The translations under genes were made by a program, and so were the position numbers. The notes beneath the pieces are model-generated. The model saw only the letters and a program-made list of their open reading frames with translations, ran no database searches and was not told the DNA's origin. From contig CAVUQH010000004.1 of the NCBI GenBank assembly GCA_963743525.1, positions 352,001-416,000 on the forward strand: a stretch of DNA of 64,000 nucleotides. The letters run 5' to 3'. Positions 42,901 through 52,734 of the stretch are shown piece by piece. This DNA comes from an uncultured delta proteobacterium (lineage in GTDB: Bacteria; Myxococcota_A; Polyangia; Haliangiales; Haliangiaceae). The stretch's first letter is position 1. Each line of letters starts with the position of its first letter.

Positions 42901-45900
42901 GCGTAACCATATAGGTCAACGTCAGCTCGCGCCGGTTGGTGGCCTTGTAGAAGCGTTGCTCCTCGACCCCATTACCGTAGGTGACATGCAGGTAGCGTCC
43001 GAGCGAGTCGATCTCATTGGCCGTGAACAGATCCTGGGACGTGCCGCCTTCTTCCCAACTCACGCGTTTCAAGCGCCCCGCGCTGTCGTAGCCGTACTTC
43101 GCCGACTCAGTCGCGTAGCCAGAATCCGGCAGCTCGTAGCTGACCCGGTCGAGTTGTCCATCTAGCCGGTAGTCGTAGCGTTCTCGGAACTCCTCGCCCT
43201 CTTCACCGAGGCGAGAGATTGCACTCACCCGGCCGAGAGTGTCGTAGCCATAGACGACGCGCATGATGGGGTTGCGGTCGTCGGCGCCAAGCCCCTTTCT
43301 GTGAGCGTAGAGGGTGCGTGCAGCGAGTCGGCCGGTGACGTTGCCGTAGCCCGGCAACACTTCCGTGTCGTACGAGTACTCGACCACGCTGCCCGGCTGA
43401 ACGGCGCCATTGACGCGCTCGTCCTCCTCAGTCTGGCGACCGAGCGCGTCATACTCGTAGTGCACCTCGTACGCACCGTTCGAGTCCTCCCAGTTGGTCG
43501 AGAGGAGATTGCCCCACGCGTCATAGTTATTGAACCGCGGCGCGGCAGAAGGCTCGGACGAAACCAGTGCCCGGCCGGCACTGTCGCGAACGAACGCCCA
43601 CGAGACCGGCTTGCTCGCGGTGCCAGGCTCTGCATAGCGTTCGATGCGAATCAGGCTGCCCAGTGGATCATAGTGAAAACGCGCCAACTCCGTGCGCTGC
43701 CCCGCGTACCAGCGTGAACGCTCGTGCGAACGCCCCGTCGCACCGACGACCTCCTGGGACCACCCCCCGGTCTGCGGCCCATTCGATGCGAGCTCATTGG
43801 GCCCCTTCACCCGAAGAATCTGCTGGTTACCGAAGTAGGCCCGCTCATAGCAGGTCGGGAAGACCTCAGAGTCTTCGTTGGTCTGACGAATGAGCGGCAC
43901 CTCCCCCGCGGCCCGAATGGTGCAGTCGATGCTGCCATCCGACCGATAGTGGTAGGTACTCCCATAGTGGACAGTCTCGGAACTGTCCGCTGGATATGCA
44001 TCGGCAACGAACTTGGGCCGGCCAAACGCGTCGTATGTCGTTTCATTGGTGACCACGACGTCGCTGTAGTCGTCACCGAGCCCTTGCTCACTGCGTCGCG
44101 CCCGGCCCAGCGCATCCAGGTACGTCGTCGAGGAAACCAGATCCGCCGAGGCAGTCTGGTACGTATCCGTCCGGATCTCTCTAGCTATACCGGCCCCGAC
44201 TTCGAACCCGTCGTATGTGGTCTGGCTGAGCAGCAACTCCGTCATTCCGCCCGCCGGAATGACCCCCTGCGCGACCGGGCGGCCAAAGCCATCGTAGTCG
44301 GAGGTAAGGGTCGTGCCTGTAGCACTGGTCGCGCGCAACAGTGCCAGGCTGAATGGATCAATCTGTCGCGATGTCTCGAAAGTCGCCGGCACGTCGGAGC
44401 CACTCGCAGTGGTCCTGCGTGGGACAAGGAGAAAGGTGCCCCAGTTTTCAAATGTGGCAACACGGGTGTCCCCGTCGCCGGTCTGGGTGCGACGTGTCTG
44501 ATTGCCCCAACTGTCGTACTCGATCTTGGTGGTGAGCTGCGTCTGCTCGATCCCGCTCGCCGTCTCGTAGACATGGGACGTGATCGTGGTCGGCAGGCCC
44601 GCGGTCACCGATCCAGGCCCCGCCTGTGGCTCGTCAAAGGCGATGTCAACGCGCGCGTAGACCTTGCCACCGGAATCCCGGCACTCTCCGAGCGTTCGCG
44701 ATCGAACCGCGTCTCGAATCTGGAACGGACCACCTCCAGCGTATTCAACTTGCTCGCAGACGTCGTCGTCCGGGTCAGCGAGGTCCCCCAGATGCTCGAT
44801 CCGCAGGGCTCGGCCGAGGTCGTCAACCTGATCGACGCGCTCGGCAGTAGCTACGTACTCGTCGCCAGCATGCGAATCACCGCGCCAATTCGATGTGTAT
44901 TGTGGATACGCATATCCGGTCGTGGCGCAGGGCCGGTCGTAGCGGCCATCCACGTCTACCAGAACGGCCGGAACCGTCTCGTAGAAGTCGTGAAACCCGA
45001 CGCAATCATCCTGGCTCAGCGACCGAGAGTGCGCGTTGTACTGTTTTGTCGTCTCACCGTGCAGGTTCGAGGCGGCGTAATTGCTCTCGAAACGCAGCAG
45101 CGGCCACGCATTGTCCTCGAAAGCGCCATCGAAAGAGTGCACCACCAGCGGAAGGCCAGTAAGCACGTAGTCGTCATACGTCCCGGAGTTTTCAGAGGGC
45201 GCAAAGGAGTCTACGACCGTGGCTGCGCCGGTCATCGGACGCTCGTGCCCAGACTCGGGGACGGCGACCAACGTCGCGCGGCGCCCAAAGCCGGTGGGTA
45301 CGAAGTGGTCCGAGGCCGCGTCGAAACGGAACCCTTCGTCTCCGTATGCATACTGCACGGAAGCGAGCGATCCGTTGGCCGTCGAAGTCCGCATTCTTCC
45401 AACAACGATCTCCGGCTGCGGGACTTGGTGCCGCGCTACGCTGTCGTTCTTCGCGGAGAGCCACTCGACCGATGTGGTCGCACCGTATCCGTTCGATGCA
45501 GAGATGAGGCGTGAGGAGTCGTAGGCACCTCGACCATTCGGGCCGATGAGGCGCAGAATCCGAATTCTATTGTCCTCCGTGAGGAGGGCGGCATCGATTC
45601 GCCCATCGCCGTCGAAGTCCGCCATTGTGTTGACGGTCTTCAGCCCGGGCTTCTGACAAATCTCCCGGGTCTTGTCGAAGAACGTGTAGCCTGAAAGCAA
45701 GAGTGGCTCACGGAACCCAACACCGGTGCCAGTCCAAACCCGGTCTTTCGCAACGTGGGGGTCGCGACCGACGTAGTCCGGAATGCCGTCGCCGGTAACA
45801 TCAATGTACGTGCCGTAGGTGACTTCGCTGTAGCGATCGTCGGTCGAGTGGGGATCGTCGGCGCAATCGTTGCTCGAGATCTGGGTGACAGTCAGGCCGG

Positions 45901-48230
45901 GAAGCGGCACGGCTACGCCGAAAGACTCACCGGTACCGAGCCGAGCGTGAGCACGAGACACTTTTCCGTCAACGAGCATGCCGTCGTCCGTGTGGTCAAC
46001 CGACGTGCCATTTTGCAGACGATCCACGAGGCCATCGCCATTGATGTCCTGAAGACCGCAACGCTGCTTGATGTCGAAGGAATGCGTGCCAGATTCATCC
46101 TTTATGTCGGTGTTGTAGCCGATCAGAGGATTGTCCAGGTACTGCGGGAACTTCACGTCGAAGGGCAGGTCTAGCCCACCCGAAGCTCCATCGAGAGAGC
46201 AGTTGTCCGCCGGACCGAAAGCACGAGGCTGCGCGAATGGATCGCTGTTCGCGGCAAGCAGGGCGCCGGCCTGGTTGAGCTGCACAACCAGGCCCGAGTT
46301 GTGCTTGGCCGGCAGCGGATCCTCGGCATTCGGATCGTCGGTGAAACCGACGTCATAGGACTCCGTGCAGGAACATGCCGTCGGATACGGTCGATGCGCT
46401 TTTTTTGGGTCACAGGAATCCAGGGTCTTCACTCGTGTGATCGGCAATTCCGTCAACACGAAGTCGAGATAGCCGTCACCATTCATGTCGACGAGTCCCC
46501 ACTCCTTCTCCCGGCGCGCCGCAGCGCGAGGAATCCCAACCGCGCGAGTTGTACACGCGGGGTCCTCACCAGGCGCGAAGATGTTGTACTGGATGTCCAT
46601 TCCCGTGACCGTGCGAGACAGTGGGAGGGGCTCGCCGTTGTCGACCCACAAGCCACGAGCGACCAGTTGCTGGCGAAGGCCAGCCGTAGAGATGTGGCGC
46701 TCGCTCCATGTGATGGAGTCGTCGGTTGAGCCGGGGGTCACCGCGGAGGCCGGCACGTTGAGCAAGAGCGTCCAGTAGTCTGGATGAACGGAGATGAGAA
46801 CGTCCGCCCTGCCGTCTCCATTGAAGTTCGACAACCTGTGTGAACACATCGTCTCTGCCCGCCGAGTCACCGAAGTCCGACCGCGACCTAGTGGTACGGT
46901 GGACCTCTACCGGGATGTTGCTGGTTAGCGGAATCGTGGGATCCGGATATGCCACTGCTGGTCCGCTGGCGGGGACACCACTGGCATTCCGTGCGACCGC
47001 AATGCGGGCCGCGTCGCCCGAAGAATCTTGTGTCACGAGATCCGCACGACCATCACCAGTGAAGTCAATGAACGCCTGTCGGGTCACGATGTAGTGGGCG
47101 TCGAAGTAGGGCTGGTCTTCGACCACCCTCAGGGATGCCTGCATCTCCGGATGGAGCGCCATTGCCTGCGTCTCCTTCACGCGCAACTGCCCGTTTGTCT
47201 TCGCGCTGCCATACTCATAGCGGCCGATCGGTAGTCGGCTATTCTCTTCGGCGGTGCCTTCGCGGCCGACGACGTCTGAGGCGACGAGGCGGGGCGAGCC
47301 GGTGTCGGTGTCGGGCGCGTAACTGAAGCGGTAGCCGCGGAGGCGGATTCGCTGGTCGGGGGTGCCACAGGTGTCACCGTGAACGAGGACATCCACGCGC
47401 TTTAGAACGCGGGTGCGGACGCGGAGGGCGCCGCCAATGCTCCACAGCGCAAAGGGGTCGCCGGTGCCGTTGCCGGGCAAGTTGGGATCGATGGCGCCGC
47501 CGGGGTCGCCGTTCCACGGGCCGTAGTCGAGCTGGATGCGGTTCTTGGCGCAGGCGCCGCCGGTGGCGATGTTGTATTCGATGGCGCTGAGCTCGAGCTC
47601 CTGGGCAGCGCCGTCGCCGACGGCGACGTTCTGCACGTCGTAGGTCAGGCGGACGGGGTTGCGCGTGGTGGCGTCGTTGACCTCGGTGAGGAGCCACATG
47701 CCTTTCTGCGCCAGGCGCGGGTCCTTGGTCATGTCGAAGGTGTGGCCGGAGCCGTCGAAGAGGCGCCAGCCGAGGCTGCCGCGGTCGACGAGGGTCATGG
47801 TCTGGGGGCCGACCATCGGGCGGTAGGTGCCGCTGTTGTTGACGGGGACCATCAGCATCTTGGCGCCGTCGAGGGACAGGTAGATGCGGTCGAGGGGCTC
47901 GGGGGCGCGGTTGGGGTCGGCGAAGTATTTGGGCCGGGTGTGGGCGAAGGTCTCGGTCTTTTCCACGTAGGTGAATGGGATCGACCAGCCGACGCCGAGC
48001 TCGCCGCCGCGGCCGGAGCCGTCGTGGACGATGCGCAGGGGGATCGGGACGCCGCCGCGGGCGGGTGGCAGGCTCAGCGGCACCGATAGCGACACGGTGC
48101 CGGCGGGGGTGACCGAGAGGCCGCCGCCGATGGCGCCGACGCCAGTGGTGCTCTCGCCGGCTCCGACGTGTCGGGCGAGGAGCGAGAAGGCGATGATGGA
48201 GAGGGTGGCGAACGACAGGTGTTTGCGCAT
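39952..48230 (-). CDS. ~2,760-aa SpvB/FG-GAP (TcB-like) + YD/Rhs (TcC-like) polymorphic toxin, split by two +1 errors (~46827, ~42791)
   Basis: Signal peptide, LSLPPARGG...GELGVGWSI (SpvB-like), several DFxGDGRxD motifs, SNGYGATT.V, YD repeats, ARIYDPRTGRFLQRDP...NPYGFAWNDPINYADPSG core, basic C-terminal tip. Removing 2 nt gives 8277 nt in frame. Confidence 0.88.
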
Positions 48231-48248
48231 GGGGACGGCGGGCCTGTG

Positions 48249-48422
48249 TGCAGGAGGTGTTCCAGGATTTCGGCGCACGGAAGTGCGCGAGATTTGGTGA
48301 CTGCGGGCGGCGCGCGACGGCGATCTGTTCCGGTTGGTGTTCCGGTGCGCTGGGGAAGCGCAGGGATCACTCGTGGTCAGATGGCGGAACATTGTTCCGA
48401 CCGACGTGTTGCGAATGTTCCG
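48249..48422 (-). promoter_or_regulatory. Sigma54 promoter of the Rhs operon with upstream TGTTCCG/CGGAACA boxes
   Basis: Minus strand TGGAACACCTCCTGCA (48249-48264). Boxes at 48326, 48338, 48385 (inverted), 48393 and 48416. Confidence 0.6.
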
Positions 48423-48431
48423 CCGGTGAAG

Positions 48432-48719
48432 CTACGGGGCGCGGCCGTCGTCGCAGCGGCTGAAGGCGGCGAGGTCGCGCGCGGCGATCTTGCACTTGGC
48501 GACGCTGGCGGGCGGCGGCGAGGCTTCGCACTTGCGCTGCAGGTCGCCGCGGTGCTTGGCGATGTCGGCGCCGGCGTGTTTGCGCATCGGCGGCGGCAGC
48601 GCGGCGAGGATCAGGTCGAGCTGATGATCGGCGATGCGATCGCAGCGGGCGTCGTCGCTGCTCGCGCAGGCGCCGAGCACGGCGGCGCACAGGAGCAAGA
48701 GACAGGAGAGTCGTCGCAT
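48432..48719 (-). CDS. Small Cys-rich lipoprotein
   Basis: Lipobox LGAC followed by four spaced Cys residues. Confidence 0.7.
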   Translation of the reverse strand: MRRLSCLLLLCAAVLGACASSDDARCDRIADHQLDLILAALPPPMRKHAGADIAKHRGDLQRKCEASPPPASVAKCKIAARDLAAFSRCDDGRAP

Positions 48720-48907
48720 GGGGGAGCCTTACTGCTTGGTGCGCGCAAGGCGTGTGCGCGCGGGGGGAGGTTGCGCATAGCACAAGCGAGTGCGCTCGTT
48801 CGAGCCGGAGAAATTCCTTACTCGAACGAGCGACACTCAGGGGGGAGTGGTTGTGCAGCGGGGATGAAGGTTGGAGGGAGGTACGGAGTTGCGGAGGGAG
48901 AGACGCG

Positions 48908-50227
48908 TTAGCGGCCGCCGGTGGAGCTGGCGAGGAGGTTGCCGTTTTCGCCACCGATCCAGATGTGGTCGGCGTCGGCGGCGGCGCCGGTCCACAGCTC
49001 GCCGTCACCCATCGCCGACTGCACCTTGGCCGACAGGTCGTCCCAGGTGGCGCCGCCGTCGCTGGTGGCGAACAGCAGCGGCTTCTTGCTGTCGAAGTCG
49101 CCGACGAGCCAGCCGTGCTGGTTGTCGGGGGCGAAGAACGCCTGGCGGAAGGTGACGCCGCTGAGATCGATGGCCGGCAGGGCGCCGCGGGTCCAGGTCA
49201 TGCTCAGGCCGGCGGTGGCGTTGGTGGTGTAGAAGAGGTACGGGTTGTCGTCGCCGAACTGGTAGGCCTTGTACGCCCAGCAGTGATCGTCGTCGGTGCA
49301 GTTGATGGCGCGCGGGCCCCAGTCGCTGTCGACGATGTCGGCGGCGGGGAACGGAACCTGGTGGAAGGTCTGGCCGCGGTCGACCGACACGCAGACGCCG
49401 GGGGCGTCGTAGTTGGTGGCCGAGTAGCCGCCCTGGTTGAGGCCGACGGCGGGGTAGATGATCACGCCGAGGTCGGCGGAGGCGTGGGCGAACTGGGCCT
49501 GCTGCACGGTGTCGGACGCGGTCGGGTCGCTGTTGCAGATCGTGTCGTCGGCCGCCTTGAGGTCCCGGTAGTTGGCGGGGAACGGCGGGACGCGACCGGG
49601 AGACCAGAGGCCGGTCCAGGTCGTGCTGTCGGAGGGGCCAGTGTTGGAGCCCCAGACGACGCCCTGGCGGAAGTGGATCCAGTAGCCGCCGGACTCGGCG
49701 AACAGGACCTGGCTGTTGAGACCGAGGAGGTCGTTGCCGATGGGCGTGACGCTCCACTGGTCGGCGGTGTTGCCGTCGCCGGTGGCCGACAGGAAGCCGA
49801 TCGACTTGTCCATGCGGGCGACCAGCTTGCCGCCCGCGCGGTCGAAGCCGGTGAAAGCGATGACGTTCTCGGTGTGGCCGGACTTGCTCGCGGCTTCGTC
49901 GCCGGTGAGGAGGACGTCGGTCACTTCGCTGCCGCTGGCCTCGAACAGGGCGCCGCTCTGGCCAAAGTGCTGGGTGCCGACGAGGCAGTGATCGGCGTCG
50001 GAGCAGTGGATGGCGAGGACGTCGTCGGCGGCATGGTCAACGCCGGCAGCGTCTTCGAGGAGGGTCAGCTGGTGCCAATCGCTGCTGCCGCCACCACCAC
50101 CGCCACCGCCGCCGCCACCGCCGCCGCCACCGCCACCGCCGCCGCCACCGTCGCCGCTGGGGTCGAGCGACGCGCACCCGGCGCCGAGAGCGAGGGCAAA
50201 GAGAACCAGGCTCAGCTTCTTCCACAT
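48908..50227 (-). CDS. Lipoprotein with poly-Gly linker and BNR/Asp-box (Ycf48-like) beta-propeller
   Basis: GAGGAG RBS, lipobox GAGC, SVDRGQTF, TSDGGATW, repeated I.C.D.DHC. Confidence 0.8.
   Translation of the reverse strand: MWKKLSLVLFALALGAGCASLDPSGDGGGGGGGGGGGGGGGGGGGGGSSDWHQLTLLEDAAGVDHAADDVLAIHCSDADHCLVGTQHFGQSGALFEASGSEVTDVLLTGDEAASKSGHTENVIAFTGFDRAGGKLVARMDKSIGFLSATGDGNTADQWSVTPIGNDLLGLNSQVLFAESGGYWIHFRQGVVWGSNTGPSDSTTWTGLWSPGRVPPFPANYRDLKAADDTICNSDPTASDTVQQAQFAHASADLGVIIYPAVGLNQGGYSATNYDAPGVCVSVDRGQTFHQVPFPAADIVDSDWGPRAINCTDDDHCWAYKAYQFGDDNPYLFYTTNATAGLSMTWTRGALPAIDLSGVTFRQAFFAPDNQHGWLVGDFDSKKPLLFATSDGGATWDDLSAKVQSAMGDGELWTGAAADADHIWIGGENGNLLASSTGGR
50087..50149 (-). repeat. (GGY)n tract encoding ~21 Gly
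   Basis: Run of ccgccacc/ccgccgcc on the plus strand. Confidence 0.85.
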
Positions 50228-50303
50228 GATCGTAGGGACTCCTCTTGGGGTCGTTTGCAGGGAGCCCGCGACGCCGGCGGCGCCGCGGGACGACGGGGCG
50301 GAT

Positions 50304-50471
50304 TGCAGCCGTCGTTCCAACCGCGCGACGGGCGGAACCAGCCGGAATTACGCGGGGTAATGCGTCGCACGCGCGGCGTGGTGTTCCACCCTCGGCGGAG
50401 CAATCGCTGGGATTCCGCGAGGTCACATCGGCGGTACAGCTGTTCCACCTTGTTGTTCCACCAGTTCCACC
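50304..50471 (-). promoter_or_regulatory. Sigma54 promoter with upstream GTTCCACC repeats
   Basis: Minus strand TGGAACGACGGCTGCA (50304-50319). (T)GTTCCACC at 50382, 50441, 50454 and 50464. Confidence 0.55.
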
Positions 50472-50593
50472 ACGGGCAGGTCGATTCCGTGGGGGAACTT
50501 ACGTCGTGGAGTTTGTGTTGCTCCTCGCGTTTTTTCTTTCAACCGATAGGGGCTCCGACGCAACGAGTTAACCGAGAGTCGGGAGATCATCGG

Positions 50594-50827
50594 GTGATTC
50601 AGCTGTCAGAGATCGTGGAGATCGAGAACCGTCCGGCTCGGACGGTGACCCGGCAGCAAGCGACCACCCCGGTCACCGCCCGCTCGCCGCGGCGCAGACT
50701 GGCCAACGGCACCGGCGCGGTATCCACCGTCGAGGCGCCTCCCGGGTGGGACGAGGCCGATCTGGCGGCCGAGCTGGCGCCCGAGCCCGAGCCGACGACG
50801 CCCGACCCCGAGACCCTCGACCGCTGA
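50594..50827 (+). CDS. Hypothetical small protein
   Basis: GGGAG RBS, GTG start, GC3-rich codons. Confidence 0.5.
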   Translation: MIQLSEIVEIENRPARTVTRQQATTPVTARSPRRRLANGTGAVSTVEAPPGWDEADLAAELAPEPEPTTPDPETLDR

Positions 50828-50837
50828 GCCGGACCGG

Positions 50838-51758
50838 CTAGCGCGGTTGAGCCACGGCGCCGAGCGCCCCGGCGAGGCCGGCGATGGCCACGCCCGGCGG
50901 CAGGGTCAGCCACCAGGCGAAGCCGCTGTCCTGGGCCTGGCGCAGGAGCTCGCCCCACGAGGCGGTCGGCGGTGGCGCGCCGAAGCCGAGGTAGCCCAGG
51001 GCGGCTTCGGCGAGCACGGCGGTCGCGGCGGTGAGCGCGGCGGCGATGGCGATCTGCGGCAGCGCGTGGGGCAAGGCGTGGCGAAGCAGCACCCGGCGGG
51101 GCGTGGCGCCGACGGCGCGCGCGGCGAGGGCGAAGTCGGAGGCCAGCGCCCGCTCGAGCCCGGCCAACGCCAGGCGGGCGGTGTCGGCGGCCCGCGGCAC
51201 CGCGACCAGGAAGACCACGGCCATCAGCCCGCCGCGACCGATCAATCCCTGGGCGGCGATCACCACGACGATGGCGGGCACGGCGGACACGGCATCACAC
51301 GCACCGACGATGCCACCGCGCACCGCACCGCCGCGGCCGGCGGCCAGCAGCGCCAGCGCCAGTGCCAGCAGCACCGACAGCGCGGCGGCGCCGGCGCCGA
51401 CGATGACCGCGGTACGGGTGCCATGGATCAGCCGCGACAGCACGTCGCGCCCGCGGTCGTCGGTGCCCAGCCAGTGAGCGTGTGACGGTGCCGCGAGGGG
51501 GTGGATGGCGCCGCCGGTGCGCACCGCGGTCGGGTCGTGTCGGACCGGCGGCCACAGCGCCCAGTCGTCGTGGGTCATGCGCGCGCGCAGGGCGTCGCCG
51601 GCGAGGTCGGCGGGCGGTGCGTGATCGATGACGTTGGGCAGCCAGTAGGTGTCGCCACCAAGGTGCAAGAGGATCGGTCGATCGCCGGCCAGGCAGTCGG
51701 CGAACAGCGCGGTGCCGACGGCGAGCGCGACGGCCAGCCACGCCAACCTACGCCGCAT
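50838..51758 (-). CDS. Peptide ABC transporter permease (OppC/DppC-like)
   Basis: HWLGTDDRGRDVLSRLIHG, AARAVGA, LGFGAPPPTASWG. Confidence 0.9.
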   Translation of the reverse strand: MRRRLAWLAVALAVGTALFADCLAGDRPILLHLGGDTYWLPNVIDHAPPADLAGDALRARMTHDDWALWPPVRHDPTAVRTGGAIHPLAAPSHAHWLGTDDRGRDVLSRLIHGTRTAVIVGAGAAALSVLLALALALLAAGRGGAVRGGIVGACDAVSAVPAIVVVIAAQGLIGRGGLMAVVFLVAVPRAADTARLALAGLERALASDFALAARAVGATPRRVLLRHALPHALPQIAIAAALTAATAVLAEAALGYLGFGAPPPTASWGELLRQAQDSGFAWWLTLPPGVAIAGLAGALGAVAQPR

Positions 51759-52734
51759 CGATGCCTCCGGCGCGCGGGTCGAGAGCGCGGCGACCGAGGT
51801 CGACCCCGGCCGACGCCAGCGCGATGACCAGGGCGTAGACCACCGACACACCGACGATGACCGGTTGATCGCCGCGCCCGGCGGCGTCGAGCAGCGCCGA
51901 GCCCAGGCCGCCGATGCCGAACAACCGCTCGACGACGACCGACGCGCCGAGCAGATAGGCGGTGAGCGCGACCAGCAGCGGCGCCAGCGCACCGGCCTGG
52001 GCGCGCAGCGCATGGTGGGCGAGCACGCGCCACTCGGAGCAGCCGCGGGCGCGGGCGGCCACGGCCCACGGCGCGGTTCGCGCGGCGACCAGCTCGGCGC
52101 GGGTGTGGCGGGCGATGACGAAAGCCGGCACCAGCGCCAGGGTCACGACCGGCAGCACCAGACCGGCGGCGCCGTTCATGCCGTCGATGGGAAACCACCG
52201 CCACGGCTCGCCGGCGGCCAGGGTGCGCAGCAGCAGCAGGCCGAGCCAGACCGGCGGCAGCGACACCGCAACCGCCGCGGCGGCGCCGAGCAGCGCATCC
52301 CCGGCGCTGCCGGGACGGCGGGCAGCGACCAGCGCGACGCCGACGCCCAGCGCCAGCGCGACCAGCAGCGACAGCAGCACCAGCTCGAGGGTCGGCGGCG
52401 CGGTCCGGCGAAGGTGCGCGCGCACCGGGCGCCGATCGATCCAGCTGCGACCGAAGTCGAGGGTCGGCGCGCCGCGCACGCTGGCCCAGACGCGCTCGGC
52501 GGCGCTGCCGGTGGCGCCGCGATCGCGGGCGACGTCGCCCACCACCGCGCGGCGCAGGGCGGCGGGCACGCGGGCGTCGTCGGGCGGAACCACGCCGGCG
52601 GCGGCGGCGGCGCGCTCGGCCGCCGAGCCGGGCGCCGACTCGGCCAGCATCGACGCGACGGCGGCGACCAGCAGCACGGTGACGACGACGCGCAGCAGCG
52701 CCGCCAGCGACGCGCGCCCGAGCCCGCGGGTCAT
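51748..52734 (-). CDS. Peptide ABC transporter permease (OppB/DppB-like)
   Basis: LDFGRSW, AARARG, VVERLFGIGGLG, LDPR. Confidence 0.9.
   Translation of the reverse strand: MTRGLGRASLAALLRVVVTVLLVAAVASMLAESAPGSAAERAAAAAGVVPPDDARVPAALRRAVVGDVARDRGATGSAAERVWASVRGAPTLDFGRSWIDRRPVRAHLRRTAPPTLELVLLSLLVALALGVGVALVAARRPGSAGDALLGAAAAVAVSLPPVWLGLLLLRTLAAGEPWRWFPIDGMNGAAGLVLPVVTLALVPAFVIARHTRAELVAARTAPWAVAARARGCSEWRVLAHHALRAQAGALAPLLVALTAYLLGASVVVERLFGIGGLGSALLDAAGRGDQPVIVGVSVVYALVIALASAGVDLGRRALDPRAGGIDAA

Noticed and set aside
39952..48392. Three separate toxin ORFs (608, 1371 and 957 aa), or programmed frameshifting
   Set aside because: Both junctions are single extra bases at GTCGAC inside conserved motifs (VVDFNGDG, STYQYD), with no slippery sequence. 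One gene is the simpler reading.
50087..50149. Poly-Gly tract as a phase-variation switch
   Set aside because: It is a mixed GGC/GGT triplet tract that keeps the frame, which fits a lipoprotein tether.
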